The notes under the pieces are model-generated. The model searched no databases, was not told the origin of the DNA, and saw nothing but the letters and a program-made list of their open reading frames with translations. Both the position numbers and the translations under genes were made by a program. A stretch of 64,000 bases of DNA from NCBI GenBank assembly GCA_041391825.1, contig JAWKNF010000001.1, forward strand, positions 10,116 to 74,115. The letters are read 5' to 3'. The stretch is from Flavobacteriales bacterium (GTDB taxonomy: Bacteria > Bacteroidota > Bacteroidia > Flavobacteriales_F > PHOS-HE28). Positions 19,262 through 29,135 of the stretch are shown here, piece after piece (positions within the stretch are counted from its first letter, which is position 1; every line of letters starts with the position of its first letter).

Positions 19262-20180
19262 TCATTCCTTCATCCATTTCAAACGCACGAACGCGTTTTC
19301 GTTTGTACGCAGGACAATGGTGTATGCGCCTGGTTCAATAGCACTCGTATCGAAATCATTTCTCGACTGCAGGGTTCTGTTCAACACCACCTTTCCATGC
19401 AGGTCATACACGACCAGATCAAAAGCGCGATCCGTATCGATACCATCGATCCATACGCGATCAAGGCCAGGATTGGGCCGAACGCTGAACATGGACGAGG
19501 AACCTTAAAGTCAGGCGCCCCCATGATGATGTTCACGACACATTCCGGGTAATCCGGATGGGACCATATCAAAGCACCTGAACGCTCAAAACACGACAAT
19601 ATCAGTGAATCGGCCGGTACTTCCGTACTGAAACTCTTAGGATAGCGCGGGAACAACGGCCCGTGTATGCTTCCAACTCTTGTATCCAGCGCTCATTGAG
19701 CACATTGGGTACATGGCCCATAAACGGCTCGAATTCGAACACGCTATGCGGTTCCCCAGCAATGGTCTCGTCATGGATCCCAGAAACGTATAGATAGGAA
19801 GAAATAGGCCAAGGGTAGAATATGGAATCGCCGGGCTGGAGCGAGAAGTCATACAGCGTGTCAAGCGCGTACAATGTATCCTTGAACAGGACAAGCATCC
19901 CCTTCCTCACGAGCGTATCCTATTGTCCCCGGAGTGCCTCCGTTCCCAACAAATGGCCATGCTATCATCGTTGACCAGGTACTCCCATCCATTAGGGTAT
20001 CGCCGGAGTAATAGTATTGGTTTGTGGTCGTTTCAATGAAGGCCGGGTCCTGAGGGCTACCGTGTGGATAGGTTGCCACAACATGCCAATTATTAGCAGT
20101 GTCCGAGAATTGGACCAATTGGCCGTACACTTTCACAGGTAGAAAGCAAAGGAGTATGAGAAACCTTGTCATTGTCGTAC
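19262..20180 (-). pseudogene. decayed gene for a secreted T9SS-CTD protein (frameshifted fragments)
   Basis: Intact Por_Secre_tail-like C-terminus (19262-19492: …VVYDLHGKVVLNRTL…GAYTIVLRTNENAFVRLKWMKE). Upstream parts lie in at least 3 different frames. N-terminal signal peptide MTRFLILLCFLPVKVYGQ is near 20180. Low GC (about 45%). Confidence 0.55.
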
Positions 20181-20552
20181 CCATTTTATGGAACGATCGG
20201 AACCGTCCGTTCGTAAGCGGATGGTATAGCACCCCGGCGGCAAGTCGCCGACGTGCATGCCCGAGGCCAGCCGCACCTCTTCTTGCATGACCAAGACGCC
20301 GTACATGTTGTAAACGCTGCCCCATGCTCTTCCGGCCATTTCCAGACCACTGAACCAGATACGCTCCCCGCTGGGGTTGGGGTACACATGTACGCGGGCG
20401 ATCTCCTCCCGCTCTTCCTGCCCCACACCCGGCATGTACATCCGCGACATGAGCACCTGTTCCGGGTGAAAGCCGTTGGCATCGGTGAAGCCTTGGTATT
20501 CGCCGACGATATAGCACTCGCCGTTCGCAAGGCATTTGAAGCCGTACAACAT
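20169..20552 (-). CDS. short ORF consisting almost only of a T9SS C-terminal sorting domain (likely gene remnant)
   Basis: 127 aa ending …VYPNPSGERIWFSGLE…GCYTIRLRTDGSDRSIKWVRQ. No substantial N-terminal passenger domain. Confidence 0.4.
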   Translation of the reverse strand: MLYGFKCLANGECYIVGEYQGFTDANGFHPEQVLMSRMYMPGVGQEEREEIARVHVYPNPSGERIWFSGLEMAGRAWGSVYNMYGVLVMQEEVRLASGMHVGDLPPGCYTIRLRTDGSDRSIKWVRQ

Positions 20553-20607
20553 GACATGAGGCGAGCCACCCGGCGTGTAACCGATCGGCTGAAGGCCGCC
20601 ACCCGCT

Positions 20608-20815
20608 CATCGGCACCTTTATCGCCGATCAGAAGCACTCGTTCTTCCAAAGCGATTCCTTCACCAACATCCTACGCGCTGTTCAAGGTCAGCCGCGCAA
20701 GTTCAAGGTCTACGAGAAAGCAGGCACCTTGCGTGTAAGCGTACAAGATGTGAAGAGCATCAAGCAGGCCAAAGCGGCACTGGAAGGGGTACTGAACGTT
20801 CCGGTCGCGGAGTGA
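20608..20815 (+). pseudogene. diverged duplicate of the mfd 3' end (last ~68 codons), not attached to any gene
   Basis: Translates to LIGTFIADQKHSFFQSDSFTNILRAVQGQPRKFKVYEKAGTLRVSVQDVKSIKQAKAALEGVLNVPVAE*. The real mfd C-terminus at 18990-19192 reads LIGTFIADQKHPFFAGDTFHSVLRAVQAQPRKFKVYEKAGTLRISVQNMKDVHEAKETMEGVLTAPV*. About 75% nucleotide identity. Confidence 0.7.
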
Positions 20816-20884
20816 ATTGGCACAAGTCATTTTTTTCGAGCAGAGAGCCGAGTTCCCGCTTGTCTTGGAACTGGTTATCTTTGA

Positions 20885-21997
20885 ATGAACAGAAGATCAC
20901 AAATGCGAGATCAGCTCAACGTTTCGTTAGTTGTCGTTCTTGCAGTCTTGGTCTTCTTCCCCGCAACACTCGTCAACGGCCAGATCGTTATACATAACGT
21001 TTCTTGGCAGCGACAGCCAGGTGGAGAGTCACATACGCTCGATGGCCTCATGCCCGATGCGCGGGCCAAGAGTTTGAACCCGGCGAACTTTGGCCCGAAT
21101 GGCTGGTACCCGGAGAGCGTGATCATAATTGACGAATTCGCTGCCTCAAATAGTCTGACGGCGGTTACCACTTTGCCCACGGACCACATCGTGTTCTTCG
21201 GTATGTTCAACAGGTTGGAGCCTGCACTCCACACCTTTACTTCCCAGGAACTTGATTCGCTTCATGCCTGGTCCATGCGTGGGGGAAAGGTCATTATTGG
21301 AACCCACGCAACCTATCCGAACTTCTCTACATTCAGACCTGATATCCTGGATGGCCGTTGGGGCTTCACTACGATTGCTGGTGGCGGCTATTTGACCCCG
21401 ACCCCTGAAGGGCAGGAGTTAGGTCTTTTCAATGGACCGTTCGGCGTGGTGGATTCGGCCGGACAGGGTGGTTCCATTAAGGGCCGTTTCCTAAGCATTC
21501 CTGCTGCTACTGTGGTCCTTTCCAGAAGTTATTCGGATCAAGTGTTGATGTATCTGGATTGTGCTACTGGAGATCTCTTGTACCACGACACCGATGTGTT
21601 CTCCAATCTCGGTCCCATGAGTCCCGGCGATGGCATTGTGAACGGCAACGACAGACTGTGGGCGAACATATTGGTATTCGTCCACTCCCTTCCTTCTGAT
21701 GGGCAGTTCCCCATCATCCCCCAATGTGAGTTCTTTACCTCGATCGATCCTAAACTGGAGCAAAACCTGTTCTTGGTCTCAACGAATTTGGCCATGATCG
21801 GGGAAACCATCACGGTATCCTCAAGGCACCCTCGACCACAACGTATGATGGTCCATGACGCCCTAGGTCGCGTGGTTTTCGGGCCGATCGCCTTTAGTGG
21901 TTCAGCTCAATTTCAATTGTCCCACGCTGGCTGGTACTCAGTCCGGATGGAAGATTCCAAGGGCAATTTCAGCGGCGCGAAATTGATCGTCCATTGA
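20885..21997 (+). CDS. hypothetical secreted protein with T9SS-type C-terminal tail
   Basis: Signal peptide and a C-terminal ~70 aa resembling a Por secretion tail (…MMVHDALGRVVFGPIAF…WYSVRMEDSKGNFSGAKLIVH). Region GC about 47-50%, below the window average. Confidence 0.55.
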   Translation: MNRRSQMRDQLNVSLVVVLAVLVFFPATLVNGQIVIHNVSWQRQPGGESHTLDGLMPDARAKSLNPANFGPNGWYPESVIIIDEFAASNSLTAVTTLPTDHIVFFGMFNRLEPALHTFTSQELDSLHAWSMRGGKVIIGTHATYPNFSTFRPDILDGRWGFTTIAGGGYLTPTPEGQELGLFNGPFGVVDSAGQGGSIKGRFLSIPAATVVLSRSYSDQVLMYLDCATGDLLYHDTDVFSNLGPMSPGDGIVNGNDRLWANILVFVHSLPSDGQFPIIPQCEFFTSIDPKLEQNLFLVSTNLAMIGETITVSSRHPRPQRMMVHDALGRVVFGPIAFSGSAQFQLSHAGWYSVRMEDSKGNFSGAKLIVH

Positions 21998-22110
21998 TCA
22001 AGTCGCTATGACGGACCGTTGGTGTGCAAACGGTCATCGCAACTTCCTGGTCCATTCCGCCTCTAAGAACTGAATGCTTGACCGTCCAACGTAACCGCAC
22101 CTACGGAACC

Positions 22111-23349
22111 CTACGGCACGAACACCCGTTGCACCAGCGCCCCATTGGCATGCACCACACGGACCACCAACATGCCTTGTGCGACGTTGACCGGAATGGT
22201 ATTGCGTGCATCCGGGCGCAGTGAGCCTGAACCAACGATCGCTCCACGCGCATCGATCAATTCGTAGTTCGACGGACCCATGTCCGTGCCTTGCAGGTCG
22301 ACCACCAGACCTTGTTCGCTGTAGCGGATCCGTGCAGCCCCGCGGTCCACTTCCGACAGTGCCGTGTTCACCTCGATGATGATCCCGGCATCGACCGGTG
22401 CATAGTACGGCGATGAGGTGTTCACCCGGATCCGATAGCTGTTCCCCGGCAAGGTGCCGGCCGGTATCGTGCACGGGACCGAACCACTGACCTCGCTCGT
22501 GCTCATCGATCCGATCAACACGGCAGATGCGAAATCCCCGTTCTCATCGGAGAGTTCCACAAAGAGGTCCGTTGGACCCACGGGCTCACCGTTCGTGGAG
22601 AAGCCAACGTTGAGATCGAAACCATCCTGCGCGGTCACATAGGCCGTCGCCACATCGGGCGTGCTGTACATGTTGTAGATCAGTGCCAAGTCATCGAACC
22701 ATGCCTCGGTCCCGATCACGCTGTTCGTGCTATCGCCGCTGGTCATCACGAGCAGCACGAATTCCGGTATGCGCTCATCCAGGTAAACGAACGGGACCGA
22801 GAAGCGGGTCCATTCCGTGACGGTTGCACTGGCGGCTTGCCAGCGGGCGGTCCCCACCCAGTTCGGCAGCGTGTTGAACACCGGGATCTTGCCCTCGTCC
22901 ACGTGCATCAATGCCGTCACCTTCGCGAAGTCGCCGGGTTGCGGAGCAGCCTTGTACCAACCGACCAAACTGTCCGGACGAGAGGAACAAAGCGTATTCC
23001 ATTCCGCCGTGACCTGATCGGAGAAGACGTAGCTGTTCGATATCGAGAACTCAGCATGCACGCGTCCGTTGGTCAACAGGCCCGCAGCTGCACCGGCCAA
23101 GGAATTCACCGTGCGCAAATTCACCGAATAGGAACCCGTATGTGCATCGTCGCTTCGCCAGCAAAGCTGCGGCGCGAGGTTGTTGATGAAGGTCCCGCCA
23201 TCGCTGGTCTTCACAGAGCTCCATTGGGCAGGCTCCTCTGTGGCCGTCCCGAGTTCGGTCCAGTCCTCGTAACCCGCATTCTCCAGTTGTGGTTGGGCCG
23301 CGACTTGCAATGCGAAGAACAAGAAGGGGATGAGCGGTGTTGAACGCAT
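22111..23349 (-). CDS. PCMD-domain (putative carbohydrate metabolism domain) protein with T9SS C-terminal sorting domain
   Basis: Signal peptide, N-terminal …ENAGYEDWTELG… typical of PCMD proteins, C-terminal Por_Secre_tail (…YELIDARGAIVGSGSL…GMLVVRVVHANGALVQRVFVP). Confidence 0.7.
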   Translation of the reverse strand: MRSTPLIPFLFFALQVAAQPQLENAGYEDWTELGTATEEPAQWSSVKTSDGGTFINNLAPQLCWRSDDAHTGSYSVNLRTVNSLAGAAAGLLTNGRVHAEFSISNSYVFSDQVTAEWNTLCSSRPDSLVGWYKAAPQPGDFAKVTALMHVDEGKIPVFNTLPNWVGTARWQAASATVTEWTRFSVPFVYLDERIPEFVLLVMTSGDSTNSVIGTEAWFDDLALIYNMYSTPDVATAYVTAQDGFDLNVGFSTNGEPVGPTDLFVELSDENGDFASAVLIGSMSTSEVSGSVPCTIPAGTLPGNSYRIRVNTSSPYYAPVDAGIIIEVNTALSEVDRGAARIRYSEQGLVVDLQGTDMGPSNYELIDARGAIVGSGSLRPDARNTIPVNVAQGMLVVRVVHANGALVQRVFVP

Positions 23350-23379
23350 TGGAATGGTTTAGGCCTTAAATCTACTGCC

Positions 23380-24156
23380 ATGGCCGATACCTTCGCGCCC
23401 ATGCCTAGCAAACCACATCGGCACATCGACCTTCGTTTCCTTTCAGGCCCTCGCTCACGCTGGGGCGAATTCACCAGTGCGATCAGTATCGCGCAGGAAT
23501 TCATCATGGGCTTTCGGAAGCTGCATTTCGTTGGCCCCTGCGTCACCTTCTTCGGCAGCGCGCGCTTCAAGGAGGACCACCCCTATTACGAGGCCGGACG
23601 GGAATTGGCGCGTCGGATCGGCCGGGTGGGCTTCACGATCATGACCGGCGGCGGACCCGGCATCATGGAAGCCGCGAACCGCGGGGCCCGGGATGTGGGT
23701 GCGCGCAGCGTGGGCTGCAACATCGTGCTGCCCCATGAGCAATACGCGAACCCGTACCTGGATGTGAGCCTCACCTTCGAGCGCTTCTTCGTACGGAAGG
23801 TGCTGTTGCTGAAGTACAGCATCTGCTTCGTGGTGATGCCCGGCGGGGCAGGCACCTTGGATGAACTCTTCGAAACGGTCACGTTGATCCAGACCGGTAA
23901 GGTCAAGAACTTCCCGATCCTGCTGTACGGCAAGGAGTATTGGGCGCCGATGCTGGAGCAGATCGACCGCATGGTGGCCGAAGGAACGATCGGCAAGGAA
24001 GAGTTGAAATTCGTGTTCGTCGCCGATAGCGTGGAGGAAGCGACCACACTCTTGCAGGATCGCTTGGTGGAGATGTGGCAGGAGGCGAAGCGCCGCAAGG
24101 ATGAACCGAAATGGTGGTTCCTTGAGGATCGTGTTAACGGTAGGTTAAGCCGATGA
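23380..24156 (+). CDS. LOG-family (TIGR00730) cytokinin riboside 5'-monophosphate phosphoribohydrolase-like protein
   Basis: Conserved VTFFGSAR…, …GGGPGIMEAANRGA…, …PGGAGTLDEL… motifs. Confidence 0.88.
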   Translation: MADTFAPMPSKPHRHIDLRFLSGPRSRWGEFTSAISIAQEFIMGFRKLHFVGPCVTFFGSARFKEDHPYYEAGRELARRIGRVGFTIMTGGGPGIMEAANRGARDVGARSVGCNIVLPHEQYANPYLDVSLTFERFFVRKVLLLKYSICFVVMPGGAGTLDELFETVTLIQTGKVKNFPILLYGKEYWAPMLEQIDRMVAEGTIGKEELKFVFVADSVEEATTLLQDRLVEMWQEAKRRKDEPKWWFLEDRVNGRLSR

Positions 24157-24217
24157 CGGCCCGCGTAACGGAGCCTTAACCCCGGAGCAAGGAAGGGGTA
24201 ATAGGCCGACCGGACCT

Positions 24218-27073
24218 TTGCATCGCGATAGGATCCAACCTCCTTTCGTATACGCGATGTACCGGATAACACTACTCCTACTTACCTGCTTTCTCGGCTT
24301 TTCTGCCGTGGCCCAGAAGGGCACCATAGCAGGCACCATCACTTCCAACGAGAACGGCAAGATCGAGCCCATGCCGTTCGTGAACGTGGTGATCAAAGGC
24401 ACCACCAACGGGGCGAGCACCGACCTCGACGGGAAGTTCAGCTTCAGCGCCGATCCCGGAACGCACATCGTGTTGGTGAGCTTCGTGGGTTACGAACAAA
24501 GCGAACAAAGCGTGACTGTCACCGAAGGCGGGACCACCCACGTGGACTTCGAATTGAAAGGCCAAGGGATCGACCTGGGTGAGGTCGAGGTGGTGACCGT
24601 CGTGAACCGCGAGCGCGAAGCGGTGCTGCTGATGGAACGAAAGGAGTCGACCGACCTTGTTCAGAACATCGGTGCACAGGAATTGAAAAAGAAAGGTGCC
24701 ACGGATGTGGCCGAAGGCGTGCAGAAGATGGTGGGCCTGAGCACTGTTGGCGGCAAGTACGTCGTGGTGCGCGGATTGGGCGATCGTTACAACGCAGCCT
24801 ACCTCAACGGCCTTCCGCTCCCTTCGCCGGACCCGGATACGAAGGTGGCCCCGCTCGATATCTTCCCGACCAGCGTGGTGGGAAGCATCAACGTCACCAA
24901 GGGGTTCACGCCTGAACTATACGGCGACTTCTCCGGTGGCGCGGTCGATATTCGCACGAAGCGCGCAACGGGCGAGAACATCCTGCAAGTGAGCTTGGGT
25001 GGTGGCATGAACACGCAGACCACCTTCCGCGACTTCACCACTTACAACGGTGGCGGCAAGGACTTCTGGGGCAGGGATGATGGAACGCGGGCTGTACCGG
25101 CCGGGGTGCTCGGACAAGGTGCAACGATCAACGGCGAGAAGCTGAAGTTCCCGACCAATTTCAACCCGACGACGCGCACAGCTTCTCCTGACGTGAACTT
25201 CGGTCTGTTCGGGGGCACCTCCGTTTCATTGGGCGCCGAGACCAAGCTCAACTTCTTGGCCACTGCGAACTACCGCAACGAGAACCGTTACCGCAAAGGC
25301 AGCGTCAGGGTGATCAACACCGCGAACGAAGCCTTGATCGACTACAAGCAGGAGAGTTGGCAGTTCAATACGCAGACCTCGGCATTGGCCGCCCTTTCCC
25401 TGGATCTGGGGAAGAACCATACGATAGGTGTCACAAGCACCTGGGTGAACCTGTCTTCCGATGACGTGCGCCTGAGCTACGGAGAACACTTCGACTATGA
25501 GGATGACGTTTATGCACGCCGATTCACCTACCGGCAGAACACGATGTGGATCAACCAGGTAGCCGGCGAACATCGCTTCGGGCGTAGCGATCGCTTGAAG
25601 ATCGACTGGGCCGGTGCCATGAGCACGGCCGATGCGGTCGAACCCGATCGTCGTCAGCTTGTGTACCTCTATCCTCCAGGAACCGAGAACGAAACGGAGA
25701 ACTTCCAGTTCAATGCCATCGACCGCTTGGAGAACCAACGTTGGTACAGTTCCCTGAGCGAAGAGGAGACCAGTGCGCGTGCTGGCCTCACATACCGGAT
25801 CCTGCAGAAGGAGACCGCTGATGGCATGCAACCGATCCTCCTGGTGCGCACTGGGGCCCAGATGAAGCGCAAGACCCGCTCTTTCGGCTACGACATCTTC
25901 TCCTACGATGTGGGCGGCGTGAACGCAGCGAACCCCAGCGGGATCGACGCGGACCTTCCTGACAGCTACTTGAACAACACCACCTACCAAGAAGGCCTGT
26001 TCAGCATCCGCAATGTGACCGGCCCCGAAGCCGACCACTACATCCGTCAGGACATCAATGCCGCGTACCTCTCTGCAGAGTATGACGTGGTGCCGGGAAA
26101 GGTGAAGTTGTTGGGCGGTGCGCGACTGGAGGACGCAGATCAATTGATCGTATACCGTGAGCAAAGCGACTCATACTTACAACCGCGACGAGCGGCTCGG
26201 ATCCTATCCACTGATGTGCTTCCTTTTGCAGGAGTGAAGATCGACCTGAATGAGCAGAACATACTGCGCGCCAACGCCAGTAAGACCATCTCACGTCCGG
26301 GCTTCCGTGAAATGGCTCCTTTTGAATACACCGAATACTTCGCTGGTGTTAAGAACGTGGGGAACCCTAACCTGCAGAACGGTCAGATCTACAACGCGGA
26401 CCTACGCTTCGAACGATACCCGAACGTAGGTGAATTGCTCGCTGTGGGTGTCTTCGGGAAACAGTTGATCGACCCGATCGAGAAGGTCGCACTCGCCACG
26501 GCCAGCGGTCAGCTTCAATCCTTCCGTAACACAGGTACAGCGAATGTTCTTGGCATCGAGTTGGAATTGGTGAAGAACATCGGTGGATTGCTCGGTACCG
26601 ACAGCACCTTCTGGAACGACCTCAGCCTTGGGCTGAACACCACCTTTCTGTACTCGCAGATCACCATCGATGGGGCCCTTGATGATGGACAAGGACCGTC
26701 AACTGTGTTGACCAATTCCAGCCGGCCCTTGCAAGGTGCATCGCCATACCTTTTGAACGCGGACGTGAGCTACGGACGCAAGATCAGCGACAAGGTGAAC
26801 GGCACGTTGACCCTCGCCTACAACGTCTTCGGGCGTCGCGTGTTCTCCGCTGGAGCGAACGGTCTGGGTGATCAGTACGAACTACCGGTGGGCATGCTGA
26901 ACGCAATCGCACGGGCAGACATCGGCAAGCGATGGCAAGCGAACTTGACCGTGCGCAACGTACTTGATGCCCGCGTTCGCATCGAACAGGAAACGCCGAA
27001 CGGCACCTCGTTGATCAATGACTACCGCACCGGTGCCAATATCTCCATGGGGTTGACCTATACTATCCTATGA
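24218..27073 (+). CDS. TonB-dependent receptor with N-terminal carboxypeptidase-regulatory-like domain
   Basis: 951 aa with signal peptide, CarbopepD_reg-like segment (…VVIKGTTNGASTDLDGKFSF…), plug domain, and a beta-barrel with C-terminal aromatic residue (…LTYTIL). Not SusC-type (no SusD partner). Confidence 0.9.
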   Translation: MHRDRIQPPFVYAMYRITLLLLTCFLGFSAVAQKGTIAGTITSNENGKIEPMPFVNVVIKGTTNGASTDLDGKFSFSADPGTHIVLVSFVGYEQSEQSVTVTEGGTTHVDFELKGQGIDLGEVEVVTVVNREREAVLLMERKESTDLVQNIGAQELKKKGATDVAEGVQKMVGLSTVGGKYVVVRGLGDRYNAAYLNGLPLPSPDPDTKVAPLDIFPTSVVGSINVTKGFTPELYGDFSGGAVDIRTKRATGENILQVSLGGGMNTQTTFRDFTTYNGGGKDFWGRDDGTRAVPAGVLGQGATINGEKLKFPTNFNPTTRTASPDVNFGLFGGTSVSLGAETKLNFLATANYRNENRYRKGSVRVINTANEALIDYKQESWQFNTQTSALAALSLDLGKNHTIGVTSTWVNLSSDDVRLSYGEHFDYEDDVYARRFTYRQNTMWINQVAGEHRFGRSDRLKIDWAGAMSTADAVEPDRRQLVYLYPPGTENETENFQFNAIDRLENQRWYSSLSEEETSARAGLTYRILQKETADGMQPILLVRTGAQMKRKTRSFGYDIFSYDVGGVNAANPSGIDADLPDSYLNNTTYQEGLFSIRNVTGPEADHYIRQDINAAYLSAEYDVVPGKVKLLGGARLEDADQLIVYREQSDSYLQPRRAARILSTDVLPFAGVKIDLNEQNILRANASKTISRPGFREMAPFEYTEYFAGVKNVGNPNLQNGQIYNADLRFERYPNVGELLAVGVFGKQLIDPIEKVALATASGQLQSFRNTGTANVLGIELELVKNIGGLLGTDSTFWNDLSLGLNTTFLYSQITIDGALDDGQGPSTVLTNSSRPLQGASPYLLNADVSYGRKISDKVNGTLTLAYNVFGRRVFSAGANGLGDQYELPVGMLNAIARADIGKRWQANLTVRNVLDARVRIEQETPNGTSLINDYRTGANISMGLTYTIL

Positions 27074-27102
27074 CCTTGCCTCGATCCTCGGATCGATGAG
27101 GA

Positions 27103-27130
27103 GCGACCGCGGTCTTAACACCGCGGTCGC
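27103..27130 (+). terminator. perfect 11-bp stem hairpin after the TonB-dependent receptor gene
   Basis: GCGACCGCGGT-cttaac-ACCGCGGTCGC, 30 bp after the receptor stop. Lies inside the spurious 5' extension of the next ORF. Confidence 0.5.
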
Positions 27131-27221
27131 ATTCGTTAATGGAAGCATAAGATTCGGCCAAAGCAGAGGTAAGACCAGTACTGCACTTTTGCTTTTGAAA
27201 ATAGACCAACACGACGAACAC

Positions 27222-28549
27222 ATGTCACTTAGCCGAAAATCATCATCGAACCTTCTGTTAGCGGCACTGGCCCTGACCGTTGCCATTGCACCACTCACTT
27301 CCTGCAAGAAGAAGGAAGGGTGCACCGATCCGACCGCGACCAACTACGACCCTGACGCGGACAAGGATTGCTGTTGCGAATACATCACCCCGACAAGCGA
27401 ACCGACCCAAACGATCAACGGTGAGACCTACTATGTTCAGTCAGGGAACATCACCAGTAACCGGACGCTCGTATCGAGTCGTAAGTATTTGATCTCAGGA
27501 GGACTATTCGTATCGTCCGGTGCTACTCTGACCATCGAGGAAGGAACTCGCATTTACGCTGCCGATGATGGTTCCACTCCATTCTTGAGCATTCAGCGCG
27601 GTGGGAAAATAAATGCGGTCGGAACTGCGAACTCTCCCATCGTCTTCACCACGATCAAAACCGTGACCGGCGGACCGGGTCGTGGGGATTGGGGCGGTAT
27701 CATCCTGAACGGTTACGGTCAGATCAACATCTGCGGAAGCAGCAATTGCACAGCGGAGGGCGAAGGAGGGACCGGGACCTACGGTGGCAACAACGACAAC
27801 GACGACTCCGGCGTGATGAAGTATGTCCGCGTTGAATATGCGGGCAAGATCCTCGGAACGGACAATGAGCTGAACGGCTTTTCCTTCAACGGCGTAGGAA
27901 GCACAACGGTCCTCGAACACCTTCAGGCGTACAAGGGAAGTGATGACGGCTTCGAATTCTTCGGTGGCGCTGTGAACCTGAAGTGGGCCGTTTCAACCGG
28001 AAACAGCGATGACAGCTTCGATTGGACCCATGGTTGGCGCGGAAAAGGCCAGTTCTGGTGGTGCATCAGGACGCCGCTACATGCGATAACGGCATCGAAG
28101 CGGACAATTGGGAAACGGATTTCAACGTGACACCGACAAGTTCGCCAACGATCAGCAACATCACCCTGGTGGGCGCTGATGATGGGTCGGCCAATAGTGG
28201 AATGCGCCTGCGTCACGGTACGAAAGGCAAATTGTGGAATGCGCTGGTCACTGGATTCTCCAAAGGTGTAAGGGTCGGCAGTGAGTGTGACGCCTATGTG
28301 AACGACGGGACCTTGTTCGTCAAGAACAGCTCCGTTTTCAATAATGGCGCGAACTGGGATAATGCCGGTACCATTGGGACCGACCCCACCAACAGCACTT
28401 CTGGTCCGACGCTTTCCGGATACGTAGGCACGGACTCCAATGGCGCGGTCGACCCATCGGCCGTTGACAGTTGGTTCAATAGCGTCCTGTACAAGGGCGC
28501 TGTGGAAGCTGGTAACGATTGGACCGCGAACTGGACGGTTGGCCTGTGA
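27222..28549 (+). pseudogene. TonB-dependent-receptor-associated surface lipoprotein (Gly/Asn/Asp-rich, beta-helix-like); single frameshift near 28060
   Basis: Lipoprotein signal (…LTSC), then a continuous homologous reading frame only if one base is added or removed in tggtggtg at ~28055-28062 (…WRGKGQFW | VVHQDAATCDNGIEADN…). Either pseudogene or indel error. Confidence 0.6.
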
Positions 28550-29082
28550 TCGGTCCGAACTACTGAGCCCGGTACATCGCAATTCCAGCTCGGTATGTGT
28601 GGAAGGCTCCTTCGGGGGCCTTTCGCCGTTCCTACGCCCAGGTCCTGGATCAACCAAAGCACCACCGCGTAGCGCACGGCCTTTCCGATGAACATCAACA
28701 CGCTGACCGGTACAAAGGGCACCCTCAGGACACCCAAGGCCAAGGCCAGCGGGTCGCCGATGATCGGCAACCAACAGAAGAGCGCCACCCAGCTACCACG
28801 GCGCGCCACGATGGAATGCCAGCGCTCCGCTTTCGACCGATCGATACGAAAGCGCTTCAGCAGCCGCTCCTGTGGTATCCAACGACCAATGGCATAGTTG
28901 GTGAGCCCACCCAGTGTATTTCCGACGGATGCCACCCACAGGAGCGAATGGCCCGACCATGACCCCATGGCCATGGCACCGAGCACGGCTTCCGAACTGA
29001 ACGGCAGGATCGTGGCCGAAAGGAAGCTCGCGAAGAAGAGTCCCCACAAGCCGGCTTCCACCCATTCCGGACCCAATTCCAT
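28294..29082 (-). CDS. DedA/YqaA-family membrane protein
   Basis: N-terminal 150 aa match the YqaA/SNARE-associated pattern (…LGGLTNYAIGRW…, …WLPIIGDPLALALG…). The C-terminal ~100 aa overlap the convergent gene by 255 bp and are probably read-through, so the true stop may be earlier. Confidence 0.6.
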   Translation of the reverse strand: MELGPEWVEAGLWGLFFASFLSATILPFSSEAVLGAMAMGSWSGHSLLWVASVGNTLGGLTNYAIGRWIPQERLLKRFRIDRSKAERWHSIVARRGSWVALFCWLPIIGDPLALALGVLRVPFVPVSVLMFIGKAVRYAVVLWLIQDLGVGTAKGPRRSLPHIPSWNCDVPGSVVRTDHRPTVQFAVQSLPASTAPLYRTLLNQLSTADGSTAPLESVPTYPESVGPEVLLVGSVPMVPALSQFAPLLKTELFLTNKVPSFT

Positions 29083-29135
29083 GCGGGCAAGATAGGTGGG
29101 CTCACGAACGGCATGTACTTTGGTAGCGTAATCAC

